Positions 10,601 to 21,369 are shown, numbered from the stretch's first letter. The stretch: DNA of 64,000 nt from an uncultured Spirochaetota bacterium (GCA_963783575.1 CAWAOD010000014.1:256001-320000); one strand, 5' to 3'. Translations and numbers: made by a program. The notes: generated from the letters alone by a model not told the origin.

Positions 10601-11131
10601 ATGTTTAAACTTGGTATTATAGGATTGATATTTTGTCTATTTTTCATTTTTGGCTGCAGCATTAAATTTAAAACAAATCTTAATAGAGACAGAGATTATC
10701 CTGATTTAATATTAAATGATTTTAAATACATTTCAGCCGAAACATCGGGAAAAAGGGAATGGGAATTGCGTGCAAGCGAAGCTAAAATGTATAATACCAG
10801 AAATCAGGTATATTTGTATAATCTGGTTATGACTTTTTTTAATGAAAGCAATACAATAAAATCTTTCCTATCAGCCAACAGCGGCTTTGTAAATAAGGAT
10901 AATATGAATCTGATAGCAGAGGGAAAAGTAAAGATACTTTCTGATAATAAGGCTATTCTTGAAGCTAATCGAGTATACTGGGACAATAAAAAAAAGATAT
11001 TCTACAGTGATCCCGATGAGTTTGTAACCTTAATAAGAGGGAATACCATTATATCAGGTTATAATATGATTGCCGATTCTGAACTGAAAGAAGTAACTAT
11101 TGAAAGAGGAAAAGCCAAAATTAATGAATAA
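10601..11131 (+). CDS. lptC: LPS export periplasmic protein LptC (lipoprotein)
   Basis: Lipobox IFG-C, WELRASEAKMY, LSANSG, AEGKVKI, LEANRVYWDNKKK. Confidence 0.8.
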   Translation: MFKLGIIGLIFCLFFIFGCSIKFKTNLNRDRDYPDLILNDFKYISAETSGKREWELRASEAKMYNTRNQVYLYNLVMTFFNESNTIKSFLSANSGFVNKDNMNLIAEGKVKILSDNKAILEANRVYWDNKKKIFYSDPDEFVTLIRGNTIISGYNMIADSELKEVTIERGKAKINE

Positions 11132-12161
11132 ACTGATTTTTAAAATGGACTTCAAAGGTTCCTTATTATTTCTAATTTTAATTTTTTGCTATTATTTTAT
11201 TTTTGCCCAGGCAGCGAAAGAAACCAATAAAGAACCTATCAATCTGATTTCAGGTTTATCAACATATAAATGGGATATTAAGAAATGGATACTTGAATAC
11301 ACAAATAATATTGGTCCTGTTATTGTTCAGGGTGAGAGTATGTTGAAAGCCAACATGATGATATATAATGAAAATACCGAGGTCGGCTTTGCATATGGTA
11401 ATGTTTATTATGAAAATAAAAAAGACCGGAACATTTTAACCTCAGAAGAGGGAACTTATAACGGTAAAATTAAGGAAATTATAGCTAATAAAAATCCTGT
11501 TATCATTATGCAGAATGATAATACCGTTGCTAAAAGCGATATCATAAAAATATATCCTAATAAGGATTTAACTTATTTAATCGGAAATGTGTGGATAACA
11601 AATTCCAATAATATAATACTCGGAGAACAAGCGATTTTAAATCAGAAGACCGGTAAGTTTAATATTATAGGAAATGCGAAATCAATTCAAAAAGATTCAG
11701 TTCTTACTGCAGATAAAATAGACATTTATTCAACTAACAAACAGCTTGCAAGCTATACCGCTACAGGGCATGTCGTGCTTAATGATAAAGTACAGGGTTA
11801 TATAATTAATTCCGGTAGACTGGATTATTATAAAGAATTGGGTTATTCAAAAATAAGTATAAATCCCGTTATTACATTTACAAGTAATAATATTACTGCA
11901 TATTCTATAGTCATGGAAAAATATGATAAAGAGGATAAAGCTAATTTACTGGGGAATGTTATTATCATTCAGAATAATAAAAAAGCGTTTTCTAAATGGG
12001 GTGAATATTATACAAAAACAAAAAAAATGTATTTAACGGGCAATCCGATTCTGGTTGAAGGCAATACTAAGTTTGCTGCTCAGAAAATTATGGTTGATAT
12101 TGAAGCGGGAACCATGAGTATGATAGGAAAAGGCATTGGTTTTTATCAATACAAGAAATAA
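11100..12161 (+). CDS. lptA: LptA/OstA-family beta-jellyroll protein (likely start ATG 11124 or later)
   Basis: Signal peptide; repeated OstA-type units (AYGNVYY, LIGNVWI, ATGHVVL, LLGNVII, LTGNPIL); overlaps lptC. Confidence 0.75.
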   Translation: MKEEKPKLMNKLIFKMDFKGSLLFLILIFCYYFIFAQAAKETNKEPINLISGLSTYKWDIKKWILEYTNNIGPVIVQGESMLKANMMIYNENTEVGFAYGNVYYENKKDRNILTSEEGTYNGKIKEIIANKNPVIIMQNDNTVAKSDIIKIYPNKDLTYLIGNVWITNSNNIILGEQAILNQKTGKFNIIGNAKSIQKDSVLTADKIDIYSTNKQLASYTATGHVVLNDKVQGYIINSGRLDYYKELGYSKISINPVITFTSNNITAYSIVMEKYDKEDKANLLGNVIIIQNNKKAFSKWGEYYTKTKKMYLTGNPILVEGNTKFAAQKIMVDIEAGTMSMIGKGIGFYQYKK

Positions 12162-12183
12162 ACTAATTTGTTCGGAGGTATAA

Positions 12184-13032
12184 TTGGGAATTACGGAGCG
12201 CCCCGAAATTATAGAAAGTTTTGAGAAACTTGGTTTAAGCACTAATGAAGCCAAAGTTTACCTTGCTCTTCTGGAAAACCACCCGATTACGGGCTATCAG
12301 CTTAGTAAAAACAGCGGAATTCTACGTCCTGTTGTATACGAAATGCTTAACAGGCTGGTTGAAAAGGGTGGTGCCCGGATAATAAAATCAAACCCCGATA
12401 CATATATTCCGGTTGATATAGATGAGTTTTTAAAAAATATAGAAATTGATTACACTGATGCTAAAAAGAATATTTTTAAAACATTAAAGGACTTTCTTAT
12501 AATTGATAATACTGATTATTTCTGGAATATAATCGGTAGAAAAAACATTATTAATTCTCTTTTAATGATGATTGAGAGGGCCAAATCGGAAATTTATATT
12601 AATATCAACTCTCAGGATTTTCTTGACAATATTATAAAAAAATTGGAAGAAAAGCTTAAGGAATCAGTAGAAATTAATATATTCTCATATTATTTACTTG
12701 AAGCGAAAGGAATTACATTATATTCTTATAAACTTGACCAGCTTTTTAAAGCGGATGAGTTTTCACAGGACTTTATTTTAATTTGTGTTGATGGATTAGA
12801 ATCGATCATTGTAAATATGAGCGATGAAAAAACAGCTAAAGCTGTTTATAGTAAAAATCAGGCAATGGTTAAAAATATTAGGGTTAATATTATTAATAAT
12901 ATATATTTATATCGTATCTGGACTTATCTTGGTACGGATAGACTGAAAAGTTTAATTAATAACGATGATAGAAAACTCCTTGAAAGAATAGAGAAATATC
13001 TCTTAACAAGTGTTCCGAGTAGGCCGGAATAA
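12184..13032 (+). CDS. TrmB-family transcriptional regulator
   Basis: LGLSTNEAKVYLALLE..TGYQLSKNSGILRPVVYEMLNRLVEKGG wHTH; WNIIGRKNII..MIERAKSEI. Confidence 0.88.
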   Translation: MGITERPEIIESFEKLGLSTNEAKVYLALLENHPITGYQLSKNSGILRPVVYEMLNRLVEKGGARIIKSNPDTYIPVDIDEFLKNIEIDYTDAKKNIFKTLKDFLIIDNTDYFWNIIGRKNIINSLLMMIERAKSEIYININSQDFLDNIIKKLEEKLKESVEINIFSYYLLEAKGITLYSYKLDQLFKADEFSQDFILICVDGLESIIVNMSDEKTAKAVYSKNQAMVKNIRVNIINNIYLYRIWTYLGTDRLKSLINNDDRKLLERIEKYLLTSVPSRPE

Positions 13033-13112
13033 ATACTAACTTACATTATTTAGTCGATTTCTGATTATTTAATAAATAGAAAAGAAAGATATGTTATTCT
13101 GCCGATAATAAA

Positions 13113-13991
13113 TTGGAGAAAAAAATGGAAATTAAAACTGATGAAGTTTTAAGGGTTTATGAAAAATACAGCGATGAACAAATACCAATAGTTTATTTAT
13201 CAGATAATTATGTACAAAATGACAACAACTTAATTTCATTATTAAAAGGGACAAATTTTGATTCATCACATTATGAACTATTAAAAAAAGCAAATATTGC
13301 TAAACTGAATATAGTTTATAATGAGAGATTGTTTGCAAAACTGGTTGCCTGTTTCCCGGTAACATACAGGCTTCCTATAGGTAGAAAAAATATTATAGAA
13401 ATTGACAGGATTATTAATAGCTTAGAAGATGCCAATGGATTATCAAAACGGAAAAGGAATCTTATAACTGTCTGCGAACTATATAAAAAAGGAGATGAGA
13501 ATTCGTTTGAACCCATCCTTCATTTTGGAGATAAATTGAATTATAAAAAATGGAATGACATCAAGGTTAATCTCAATAGAAATGCAGTAATAGATTATCG
13601 TCTGGATGAATGTGGGATAATAATTTTTTATTTATTAAACTCCAATGATTCATATTATGCCCAGAAATTTATGAGATTTACTGATCTGGTGTCGGTAATC
13701 GTAGAGAGTAAAAATACAGGTGTGACTATATCTCAGGATTTTATCCCAGAGAGTGATGTTTATACAGTTAATGATAAAACAAAATTACTTGAAGTCTATA
13801 ATGATACTAAAGCTTCTTTAATTATTATTGGTGAAGATTTAAACGAGGATTATAAAATTGCTTTAAACCAGATTAAATTATTTGACCGCTTTGCAAGGAT
13901 GATGGTCATTAAGAATACTGATACTACACAAAAAATTGATATATTAAATAAAATTAAACAGGTCTATGGTATTGCTGTATGGGAAGAATAA
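13113..13991 (+). CDS. Hypothetical protein
   Basis: 292-aa ORF in a co-oriented run; no recognised motif. Confidence 0.7.
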   Translation: MEKKMEIKTDEVLRVYEKYSDEQIPIVYLSDNYVQNDNNLISLLKGTNFDSSHYELLKKANIAKLNIVYNERLFAKLVACFPVTYRLPIGRKNIIEIDRIINSLEDANGLSKRKRNLITVCELYKKGDENSFEPILHFGDKLNYKKWNDIKVNLNRNAVIDYRLDECGIIIFYLLNSNDSYYAQKFMRFTDLVSVIVESKNTGVTISQDFIPESDVYTVNDKTKLLEVYNDTKASLIIIGEDLNEDYKIALNQIKLFDRFARMMVIKNTDTTQKIDILNKIKQVYGIAVWEE

Positions 13992-14458
13992 AATTGAGTA
14001 ATATTTTCAGCAAATTTTTTGGGAATATTCTCTGGTTGAATATAAAGCGTTTTAAAATTCATATATTTTGGAGAATTCTATTAATCCTGATTAATTTTAT
14101 GCTTTTTTATTCAACAATATTACCAGTTTCAATATCAGTAATTTATTATATATTTGCAATAATTACATTGTCTAATCTTTTATTTATTTATATAAGAATT
14201 TATTCGGAAGGTGATTCCATTATTCTTATGCGAAGTTTTGGAGCCTCAAAAACTTTTATAATATTGGATACTGTTATTGAAATTGTGCTTGAGATTTTAA
14301 TAGCCGCAATATTGTTTTCATTTATTTATATTTATAGTAAACATGTATTTAATTATTTGATATTATTATTATTTCAAATTTTAATTGTTTCAATAATTAC
14401 ACCGATTTTCACGATTATTGAAATTTTTAATCTTGAAAAAAATGAGAAAGATTTATAA
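13979..14458 (+). CDS. Small FtsX-like ABC permease (C-terminal-domain type)
   Basis: Four TM segments with IILMRSFGASKTFI, resembling the FtsX EIxLMRxLGA motif; precedes an ABC ATPase. Confidence 0.6.
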   Translation: MGRIKLSNIFSKFFGNILWLNIKRFKIHIFWRILLILINFMLFYSTILPVSISVIYYIFAIITLSNLLFIYIRIYSEGDSIILMRSFGASKTFIILDTVIEIVLEILIAAILFSFIYIYSKHVFNYLILLLFQILIVSIITPIFTIIEIFNLEKNEKDL

Positions 14459-14471
14459 TTGAGGTTAATAA

Positions 14472-15158
14472 ATGGATATAAAGCTTATAAATATTTCAAA
14501 AAAATATCAATCTACTGATAATACCTTTATAAGTTCTTTGGAATCAATAAATATAGATATAAACTATGGGAATTATATTTCTTTTGTTGGGCCAACCGGA
14601 AGCGGTAAAACAACATTATTAAACATAATAACTGGAAATTTAAAACCGACATCAGGCGATGTTTTTTGGGGAAAATATTCGTTAATGAAAAGCCTTTCAA
14701 AGGATATTTTTTTGATAAGAAGAAGAAAATTCGGAATAATATTTCAGGAAGCAAACTTCATAAATGAGATTAATATTGAAGATAATATTTTATTACCACT
14801 TGTCATTAATTATGTAAGTATTTCCGATAAAATAAAATATTTTAATACTTTAATTGAAAGTTTAAATATTTCTTATTTAAAAAAAAGATACCCGGTAGAG
14901 TTAAGCGGCGGAGAGAGAAAAAAAGTGGCTATTGCCAGAGCGCTTATAAATAATCCCGAAGTGCTTATCGCTGATGAACCGACAGCTAATCTTGACGATA
15001 AGTCCGCAAAAGAGGTTTTTAATATATTCAGTAATCTTAATAAATTAGGCATTACGATTGTCATTGCCACGCATGATGTACGCTTCGGTTCATACTGTAA
15101 GGAAACTTATTATATTCTTAAAGGAAAAATTGAAAGATTTTCCAGTAAAGAAATATAA
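14472..15158 (+). CDS. ABC transporter ATP-binding protein (LolD/FtsE-like)
   Basis: GPTGSGKTT, LSGGERKKVAIARAL, IADEPTANLD, IATHD. Confidence 0.9.
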   Translation: MDIKLINISKKYQSTDNTFISSLESINIDINYGNYISFVGPTGSGKTTLLNIITGNLKPTSGDVFWGKYSLMKSLSKDIFLIRRRKFGIIFQEANFINEINIEDNILLPLVINYVSISDKIKYFNTLIESLNISYLKKRYPVELSGGERKKVAIARALINNPEVLIADEPTANLDDKSAKEVFNIFSNLNKLGITIVIATHDVRFGSYCKETYYILKGKIERFSSKEI

Positions 15159-15237
15159 TAACAAATGTGTCCCTTTATCTTACTCAGTGTAACTGCTAGA
15201 TCAATATTGATTAAAGAAGTTAATTTCAAAATGATAA

Positions 15238-16311
15238 ATGGGCGGTTATAAAATCTCATTACCCTTAAAAGGAAAATTAATGAATTATTTTATTGGTTTA
15301 TTTACATATATTTCAGGGAATAGAAACATTCAGGTACTTCTGTTAATATTATGTTTGATAATAATCGTCAAGATTGTAGAAATAATTTTAATAAACTTAA
15401 AATCAAAATGGTTTATAAAAGGAAAATCTAACCTTATATCTGGGACTCATTTTTTTTTAAGATTCATTATTATCAGTATTGTTTTGATATTATTAACAAT
15501 TATTGATTATTTAAAAATCGAAAAAGAAATATTAAATATAATAAATAAAACCTTTAATAGCTTTATTATTTTTTTATTATATCTTATATCAAAAGATGCG
15601 ATTAGTTTAATATTTAAATCAATTTCTTCAACAGTTTTATTAAGAAAAATTGCATTTTTAAGAAATAAAAATTTATTTGATTTATCTTATAAATTTTCCC
15701 ATATTACGCTGATTCTTATTACTGTTACTTTAATTTTTGGCCTCTGGAATGTACAGATCGGCCCTATACTAACAGGATTAGGCATAGCCGGTTTAGCAGT
15801 CGGTCTGGCTATTCAGGATTCATTATCAAATATTTTCGGCGGAATTTCACTGATTTTAGATGATGCTTTTGCTGAGGATGATTATGTTGAACTTCCAAAT
15901 GGAGAAACAGGTGTTATATATTCAATAGGTTACAGAAGCACAAAAATTAAAACATTCAGTGAAGAAATTATTATTGTTCCGAATGGTAAACTTGCTCAGA
16001 TGAATATTAAAAATCTTTCAAGACCTGCAAAATATTACAGACTAACACTGGATATCTCAGTTGAATACGGTAATAATATTGACCATATCAAAGATATTAT
16101 TATAAATGTTATTAAAAATATTGATGGAATACTGGATTTTCCTGAACCTTCAGTACTTATAACAAAAATTGCAAATTTATCAATAGATTTTAAATTATCA
16201 GTTAGTATAAGAAGTCCTTTTGACAAGGCTCAAAAAACAGATAGAATATATTCGGATATCTATAATAAATTTATTGAACTGGGAATAAAAGTCCCGGCCC
16301 CTTCAAAATAA
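15238..16311 (+). CDS. Mechanosensitive channel, MscS family
   Basis: GLGIAGLAVGLAIQDSLSNIFGG, G.IYSIGYRSTKIKT, IIVPNG. Confidence 0.9.
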   Translation: MGGYKISLPLKGKLMNYFIGLFTYISGNRNIQVLLLILCLIIIVKIVEIILINLKSKWFIKGKSNLISGTHFFLRFIIISIVLILLTIIDYLKIEKEILNIINKTFNSFIIFLLYLISKDAISLIFKSISSTVLLRKIAFLRNKNLFDLSYKFSHITLILITVTLIFGLWNVQIGPILTGLGIAGLAVGLAIQDSLSNIFGGISLILDDAFAEDDYVELPNGETGVIYSIGYRSTKIKTFSEEIIIVPNGKLAQMNIKNLSRPAKYYRLTLDISVEYGNNIDHIKDIIINVIKNIDGILDFPEPSVLITKIANLSIDFKLSVSIRSPFDKAQKTDRIYSDIYNKFIELGIKVPAPSK

Positions 16312-16335
16312 TACTTTTTTATTGGAGAATGATCA

Positions 16336-18417
16336 ATGAGAAAAAACTATCTTGGGCATATATTCTTTAATCTTACTATAATCCTGATTGCGTTTATTAT
16401 TTTTGTCTTTTTTGACATAAATATCAGTAAGGCAAATCAAATTTTAAATAATTCCAATTTTGAAAATACAGTAAAATTAATTACAATTGAATCGAATAAT
16501 AGTTTTTCAAACAAAATAGATTATGATTATAAAAATATTATACCTATGGAATGGAGTACAAATCATTATATCGATTATAATGAATTTAATGAAATTACAA
16601 ATCCAAATATTGTAAGGTTAAATAATAGCAATGAAATTGAGATTTCATTTTATTCTTTAAAAAATGCTTACTATCGATTTGAAATTCCAAAATTTATTTT
16701 ATCTAGAAATATAAGCTTAAAAAAAACTTATATTCAGATTTATAATGAAGGTATTCTTATACCAAGTTATTTAGGTCCTTCAAATATTTCTTTTACAGAA
16801 ATTGAAAATAGTAATTTTATTGCAAGCTGGTTTTATGGATTGAATCCTCCGATTGGAGATTATCAGGCCGTACTATTTATAAATAATAAGCCTTTGATCA
16901 CCAACAATTTTAAAATAATTCAAAGAGAACCCGTAAAGTTTAACAGAATGATGACATTTATTAATCTTGAATGGAACCAGGCAATAACAAACCGAAATAT
17001 TTACAATCATAATAATGAAAAGGTTAAATTTATCAATGGTCTTAAAGATTGGATGGATTATGGTGAAATTGATGCCTTTTTAACTTTGTCCGGCGAAACT
17101 ACAGGGTGGGGGAATATTACACCTGAAAAACCCTGGGAAAATTATCCGATAAAGAATCTTCAAATAATAGCAGAAGAGCTTCATAATAGCGGTAAGAAAG
17201 TTGGTGCGTATATTATGTGTTTTTATACTCCTCAGAATGGATGGAATAAAGCCGGTTACAAACCTGCAATGGGAGTATATTATGATGAACAGAGCGATTC
17301 ATTTAACGTCAATACAGGTAAATTTATTTCATTTAACGATAAGAAAAGGTTTAATGATATAGTTGAACTGGCTAGATATTTTAATAGTCTTCCTTATGTG
17401 GATTATATTGGTTTTGATTTTGTTAGATTTGGGGAATTAATTGGTTATGAAAACGCCGATGAATTTGTCAAAGATATGAATATAACGGTTCCTGATAATT
17501 GGAAAGATTATAATATTAATGATCAAATAATCTGGCTTGGTCAGAAGTTATGGCATAATTCAACAGGTTCAATTTCACAAAAATGGAAAGTTTGGATAGC
17601 TCATAAGACCGCTGATTTTATTTACAGGGTCAGGAAAGAGGCTAATCTGACAAAACCAATCTGGATTTTTTCTCTTGGGTGGAATCATGGCAGCGAGCAT
17701 GGGCAGGATCCATACTTTTTCCAGGATGCAGGTGTCTTTTCCGACTTTGTAATGCTCTACGAAGCTACCCCTGATATGATAGAAGCCATGAAGAAAAGCT
17801 GGTCTGAATATGTTGATAATTCCGACTTGAATTATATTCCAGGAAATCAGATTGATGCGGATTTATTAAAATCCGAATATAATAACAATCCAGTTGAAGA
17901 GTATTATCAGCGTTTGAATTCGGGGGTAGATTATGCTACCTATTTATCTAAAGGAATATTTATTCATGATATTTCACGGGCTTTTTGGGGCAGAAAAGGT
18001 ACTTATCCGTATAATGAATGGCTGATTTCTGGATTTTCTTCAGCAAGCTATGCTAGAATGCGGAATAATGAAATACCTTATAATATTAATATAGATACAA
18101 ATCAAATTAATAGTAAATTCGAAAATGTTATCTCAATTCCGGTTTCTATTGAATTTAAAAAAGATAAATTGTCAGAATTAAATGGTAAATCATTATATTT
18201 AGAAGTAATTGGTAATAATTCAATAAAAAAGATTGACATTTCTGAAAAAACTAATATAATATTAGTTGTAAATATAGGTCATAGGGAACAGGCAAATCGC
18301 TACTTTGCATTACGAAGCAAAATCGAAGGTTATCCTGCCTATTTTGTATTCGGTTATATAAATAATAAAAAATTGATTACAATAACTAAAGTTAGTAAGG
18401 TTATAAAAGATTTATAA
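16336..18417 (+). CDS. Exported protein with possible glycoside-hydrolase-like TIM barrel
   Basis: N-terminal TM anchor; ELHNSGKKVGAYIMCF and VDYIGFDFVRF resemble GH-like (DUF4015/GHL10-type) motifs. Confidence 0.45.
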   Translation: MRKNYLGHIFFNLTIILIAFIIFVFFDINISKANQILNNSNFENTVKLITIESNNSFSNKIDYDYKNIIPMEWSTNHYIDYNEFNEITNPNIVRLNNSNEIEISFYSLKNAYYRFEIPKFILSRNISLKKTYIQIYNEGILIPSYLGPSNISFTEIENSNFIASWFYGLNPPIGDYQAVLFINNKPLITNNFKIIQREPVKFNRMMTFINLEWNQAITNRNIYNHNNEKVKFINGLKDWMDYGEIDAFLTLSGETTGWGNITPEKPWENYPIKNLQIIAEELHNSGKKVGAYIMCFYTPQNGWNKAGYKPAMGVYYDEQSDSFNVNTGKFISFNDKKRFNDIVELARYFNSLPYVDYIGFDFVRFGELIGYENADEFVKDMNITVPDNWKDYNINDQIIWLGQKLWHNSTGSISQKWKVWIAHKTADFIYRVRKEANLTKPIWIFSLGWNHGSEHGQDPYFFQDAGVFSDFVMLYEATPDMIEAMKKSWSEYVDNSDLNYIPGNQIDADLLKSEYNNNPVEEYYQRLNSGVDYATYLSKGIFIHDISRAFWGRKGTYPYNEWLISGFSSASYARMRNNEIPYNINIDTNQINSKFENVISIPVSIEFKKDKLSELNGKSLYLEVIGNNSIKKIDISEKTNIILVVNIGHREQANRYFALRSKIEGYPAYFVFGYINNKKLITITKVSKVIKDL

Positions 18418-18646
18418 TATCTTATTAATCTTCTTCTTTACTTTCAATTTCAATAATCAATTATAAATCTCTATATTAAATGTATAATAAATCTATACTT
18501 ATTTAATTTATCCAAATCTTGTTTGGTATTGAAAAATCATAGTCGTTATAAATTTTCCAACTATTTATTTATTATTTAGTGGGATGATATTGAAGCATTT
18601 TTAAAATTAGAATATAAATCAAACTAAAATTTAAGGGAGAATTTTT

Positions 18647-20110
18647 ATGCCAAAGAAAATCAAGCTGAAAAATGGGAATGAGAATGAAGAGCCATTATTA
18701 GAAATTGATAATAATGACATCATCACTAATGATAATATAATTAATAAGGATGCAGAAATTAGCAAAAATGGTGTTTTTACATCATATATTCATTCAAACG
18801 ATCCAGCCGAAGTAATGAAACAGGTTTTTACCGAAGACAAAAAAATCTATATTAATAAATTAAAACAATTATCAATAACTGAATTGACTATCATTGCTGA
18901 GAATATGAAGATTGAAAATTATGAATCCATGCATACTCAGGAAATGGTATATCAAATATTGCGTAAACATGCCGACAACGAAGGTATTATCTATGGAGGC
19001 GGTACATTGCAGGTCATTGAAGGAGGTTTTGGTTTTTTAAGGTCACAAAGATACAATTTTCTACCGAGTTCAGATGACATATATGTTTCACCTTCTCAAA
19101 TTTCACTCTTTAAATTAAGAACGGGTGATACAGTAGAAGGTCATATCCGACCACCAAAAAGAACTGAAGAAGAGAAATTTTTTGCACTTTTGAGAATTGA
19201 AAAAATTAATGATAAATCACCTGAAGAGGCAAGGAAGAGGACTTTGTTCGATAATTTAACCCCTCTTTTTCCGGATAAAAGTCTTGAACTTGAAGTAGAT
19301 TCAGATGAAATTGCAATGAGAATCATGGATTTATTCACCCCGATAGGAAAAGGGCAAAGAGGTTTGATAGTTTCACCTCCAAAAGCTGGTAAAACTGTAC
19401 TTTTAAAAAAAGTTGCAAACAGCATTACAAGTAATCATCCGGAAGTCCGGTTGATTATATTTCTTGTTGATGAGCGGCCAGAAGAAGTTACGGATATGCA
19501 GCGTTCGGTTCAAGCAGAAGTTTTAAGCTCAACTTTTGATGAACCTGCGGCTAAACATGTCCCTCGTAGCACAAATGGTTCTGGAAAAAGCAAAAAGACT
19601 TGTTGAAAGCGGTTATGATGTCGTAATTTTACTTGATTCTATTACTCGTCTGGCAAGAGCCTATAACCAGGTTGAACCTACAAGCGGTAAAGTTTTGTCT
19701 GGCGGAATTGATTCAAATGCTTTGCATAAACCTAAAAAATTCTTCGGTGCGGCAAGAAATATAGAAGAGGGGGAAGTCTTACTATAATTGCAACAGCATT
19801 GGTTGATACCGGCAGCAAGATGGATGAAGTAATCTACGAAGAATTTAAAGGAACAGGAAATATGGAAATACATCTTGATAGAAATCTTTCCAATATAAGA
19901 ATATTCCCTGCAATTGATATTAAAATGTCAGGGACCAGGCGTGAGGAATTATTAATGGACAATGATTCACTTGAAAAAGTTAGAATGTTGAGAAAGGTTT
20001 TTGCTTCAATGCCGAATGAAGAAATTATTCAAAAACTAACCACAGCTATGAAAAAGACATTAAACAATGAAGAATTTTTTAACAATATTCAATATTTTTC
20101 AAATTCTTAA
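18647..20110 (+). CDS. rho: Transcription termination factor Rho, interrupted by two compensating 1-nt frameshifts (probable sequencing errors)
   Basis: [84 protein letters not shown] across three ORFs; shifts at CCC 19561-19563 and G5 19769-19773. Confidence 0.95.
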
Positions 20111-20113
20111 ATT

Positions 20114-20142
20114 TTGACTAATCATTTTAAATAGTTTATAAT
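20114..20142 (+). promoter_or_regulatory. Sigma70 promoter of tRNA-Leu
   Basis: TTGACT-N17-TATAAT, 12 nt upstream of the tRNA. Confidence 0.75.
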
Positions 20143-20154
20143 ACTTTTCGATTT

Positions 20155-20238
20155 GCCGGGGTGGTGGAATTGGTAGACACGCTAGCTTGAGGGGCTAGTG
20201 GGTGCAAACCTTTGTGAGTTCAAGTCTCGTCCCCGGCA
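20155..20238 (+). tRNA. tRNA-Leu (anticodon GAG), CCA not encoded
   Basis: Acceptor GCCGGGG/CCCCGGC-A, D-arm TGGTGGAATTGGTAGACAC, anticodon arm CTAGC-TTGAGGG-GCTAG, long variable arm, GTTCAAGTC T-loop. Confidence 0.95.
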
Positions 20239-20283
20239 ATTTTTATTTGACCTAATAAATGTACCTGATTAAGGTTACATGCA

Positions 20284-21369
20284 TTAGGTAAAGATCATTA
20301 ATTCTTTAATTTGGTTTTTTATCAAACTTGGCTGCAGCTTTGCTGAATACCCTATAGGTATTTTAGTTAAATAATAGAATGCATCCTTTAATTCCTTTTT
20401 TTCAATATAGCACACCGAAAGATTATATATTGCATCTGGTTTTTTTGATATTTCCATAGCCTGATGGAAGTTTTTAATAGCTTTGTTGATATCTCTCAAT
20501 TTATAATAAACAATACCAAGATTATAATAAGCTCTTTCAAATATTGGGGCTAATAAAATTGCTTCTTCATATTCTTCTATTGCCTTAATGAAATTATTGT
20601 TTATCAGATAGATATTTCCAAGATTGTAATGAAAAATCGGATTATTTTTAAAATAAGAAACCAGTTTTAACAAATGTTCTTTGGCTTTATCAAATTCTTT
20701 CAGACAATATAATTCTCTGCTTAAAAGATAACGGATTCTAATGTCTATTAAAGCATGCTTATTAATTGTTTCATTATTAACTATTTCTTTTATTGATGAT
20801 ATATTTCCAGTATTAAAAACCAATTCCATAAAATCTAAATATACATCACCGTTCTTAGGATATTCTTTTAAAAGTGTTTTGCTTTGTAAAAGAGCTAAAT
20901 GGTTTCTCCCGAATAAATAATCAAGAAAAATTGCTGCTCTTTGCTCCTCGATATGCAGTTCATATAAAAGACCGAAATATTTTATCTTCTGCTGAATTGT
21001 ATCCTGAAGATTATCAATTTTGCCCTTTTTTTTAAGTTCTTTAATTGCAAAAACCCTTAAAAAATAATTATTATCATCCATCATTTTAACCAGTATGTCA
21101 TTTAATTCGTCAAGTTCGCCTGTCATAAGTTTAAACCAATATAATGTGTAAAGTGAAAATCCGGTTAAAGAATTATTTTTTTGAATTATATTTGAAATTG
21201 ATCTGTAATCTGATCCCAAAAGATAAGTATAGAGTAAATAATCAATACTCTTTTTATTTTTTTGAGTTATCCATGATTCTGAGAAATAATGAATTGCTTT
21301 TTCCATATCCATTTTAACAAGAGCATCTTTACCTTTGTAAAATAATTCGTTAAGATTCACTTCTCCCAT
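20284..21369 (-). CDS. Tetratricopeptide repeat protein
   Basis: FHYNLGNIY..KAIEEYEEAI..P, AYYNLGIVYY..KAIKNF, AIYNLSVCY. Confidence 0.85.
   Translation of the reverse strand: MGEVNLNELFYKGKDALVKMDMEKAIHYFSESWITQKNKKSIDYLLYTYLLGSDYRSISNIIQKNNSLTGFSLYTLYWFKLMTGELDELNDILVKMMDDNNYFLRVFAIKELKKKGKIDNLQDTIQQKIKYFGLLYELHIEEQRAAIFLDYLFGRNHLALLQSKTLLKEYPKNGDVYLDFMELVFNTGNISSIKEIVNNETINKHALIDIRIRYLLSRELYCLKEFDKAKEHLLKLVSYFKNNPIFHYNLGNIYLINNNFIKAIEEYEEAILLAPIFERAYYNLGIVYYKLRDINKAIKNFHQAMEISKKPDAIYNLSVCYIEKKELKDAFYYLTKIPIGYSAKLQPSLIKNQIKELMIFT

Noticed and set aside
19536..20110. ORFs 19536-19787 and 19799-20110 as separate genes
   Set aside because: They are consecutive fragments of rho produced by homopolymer frameshifts
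20155..20283. tRNA-Leu as an integration site for an island or prophage
   Set aside because: No integrase nearby, no duplicated tRNA 3' end noticed, and the flanks are housekeeping genes
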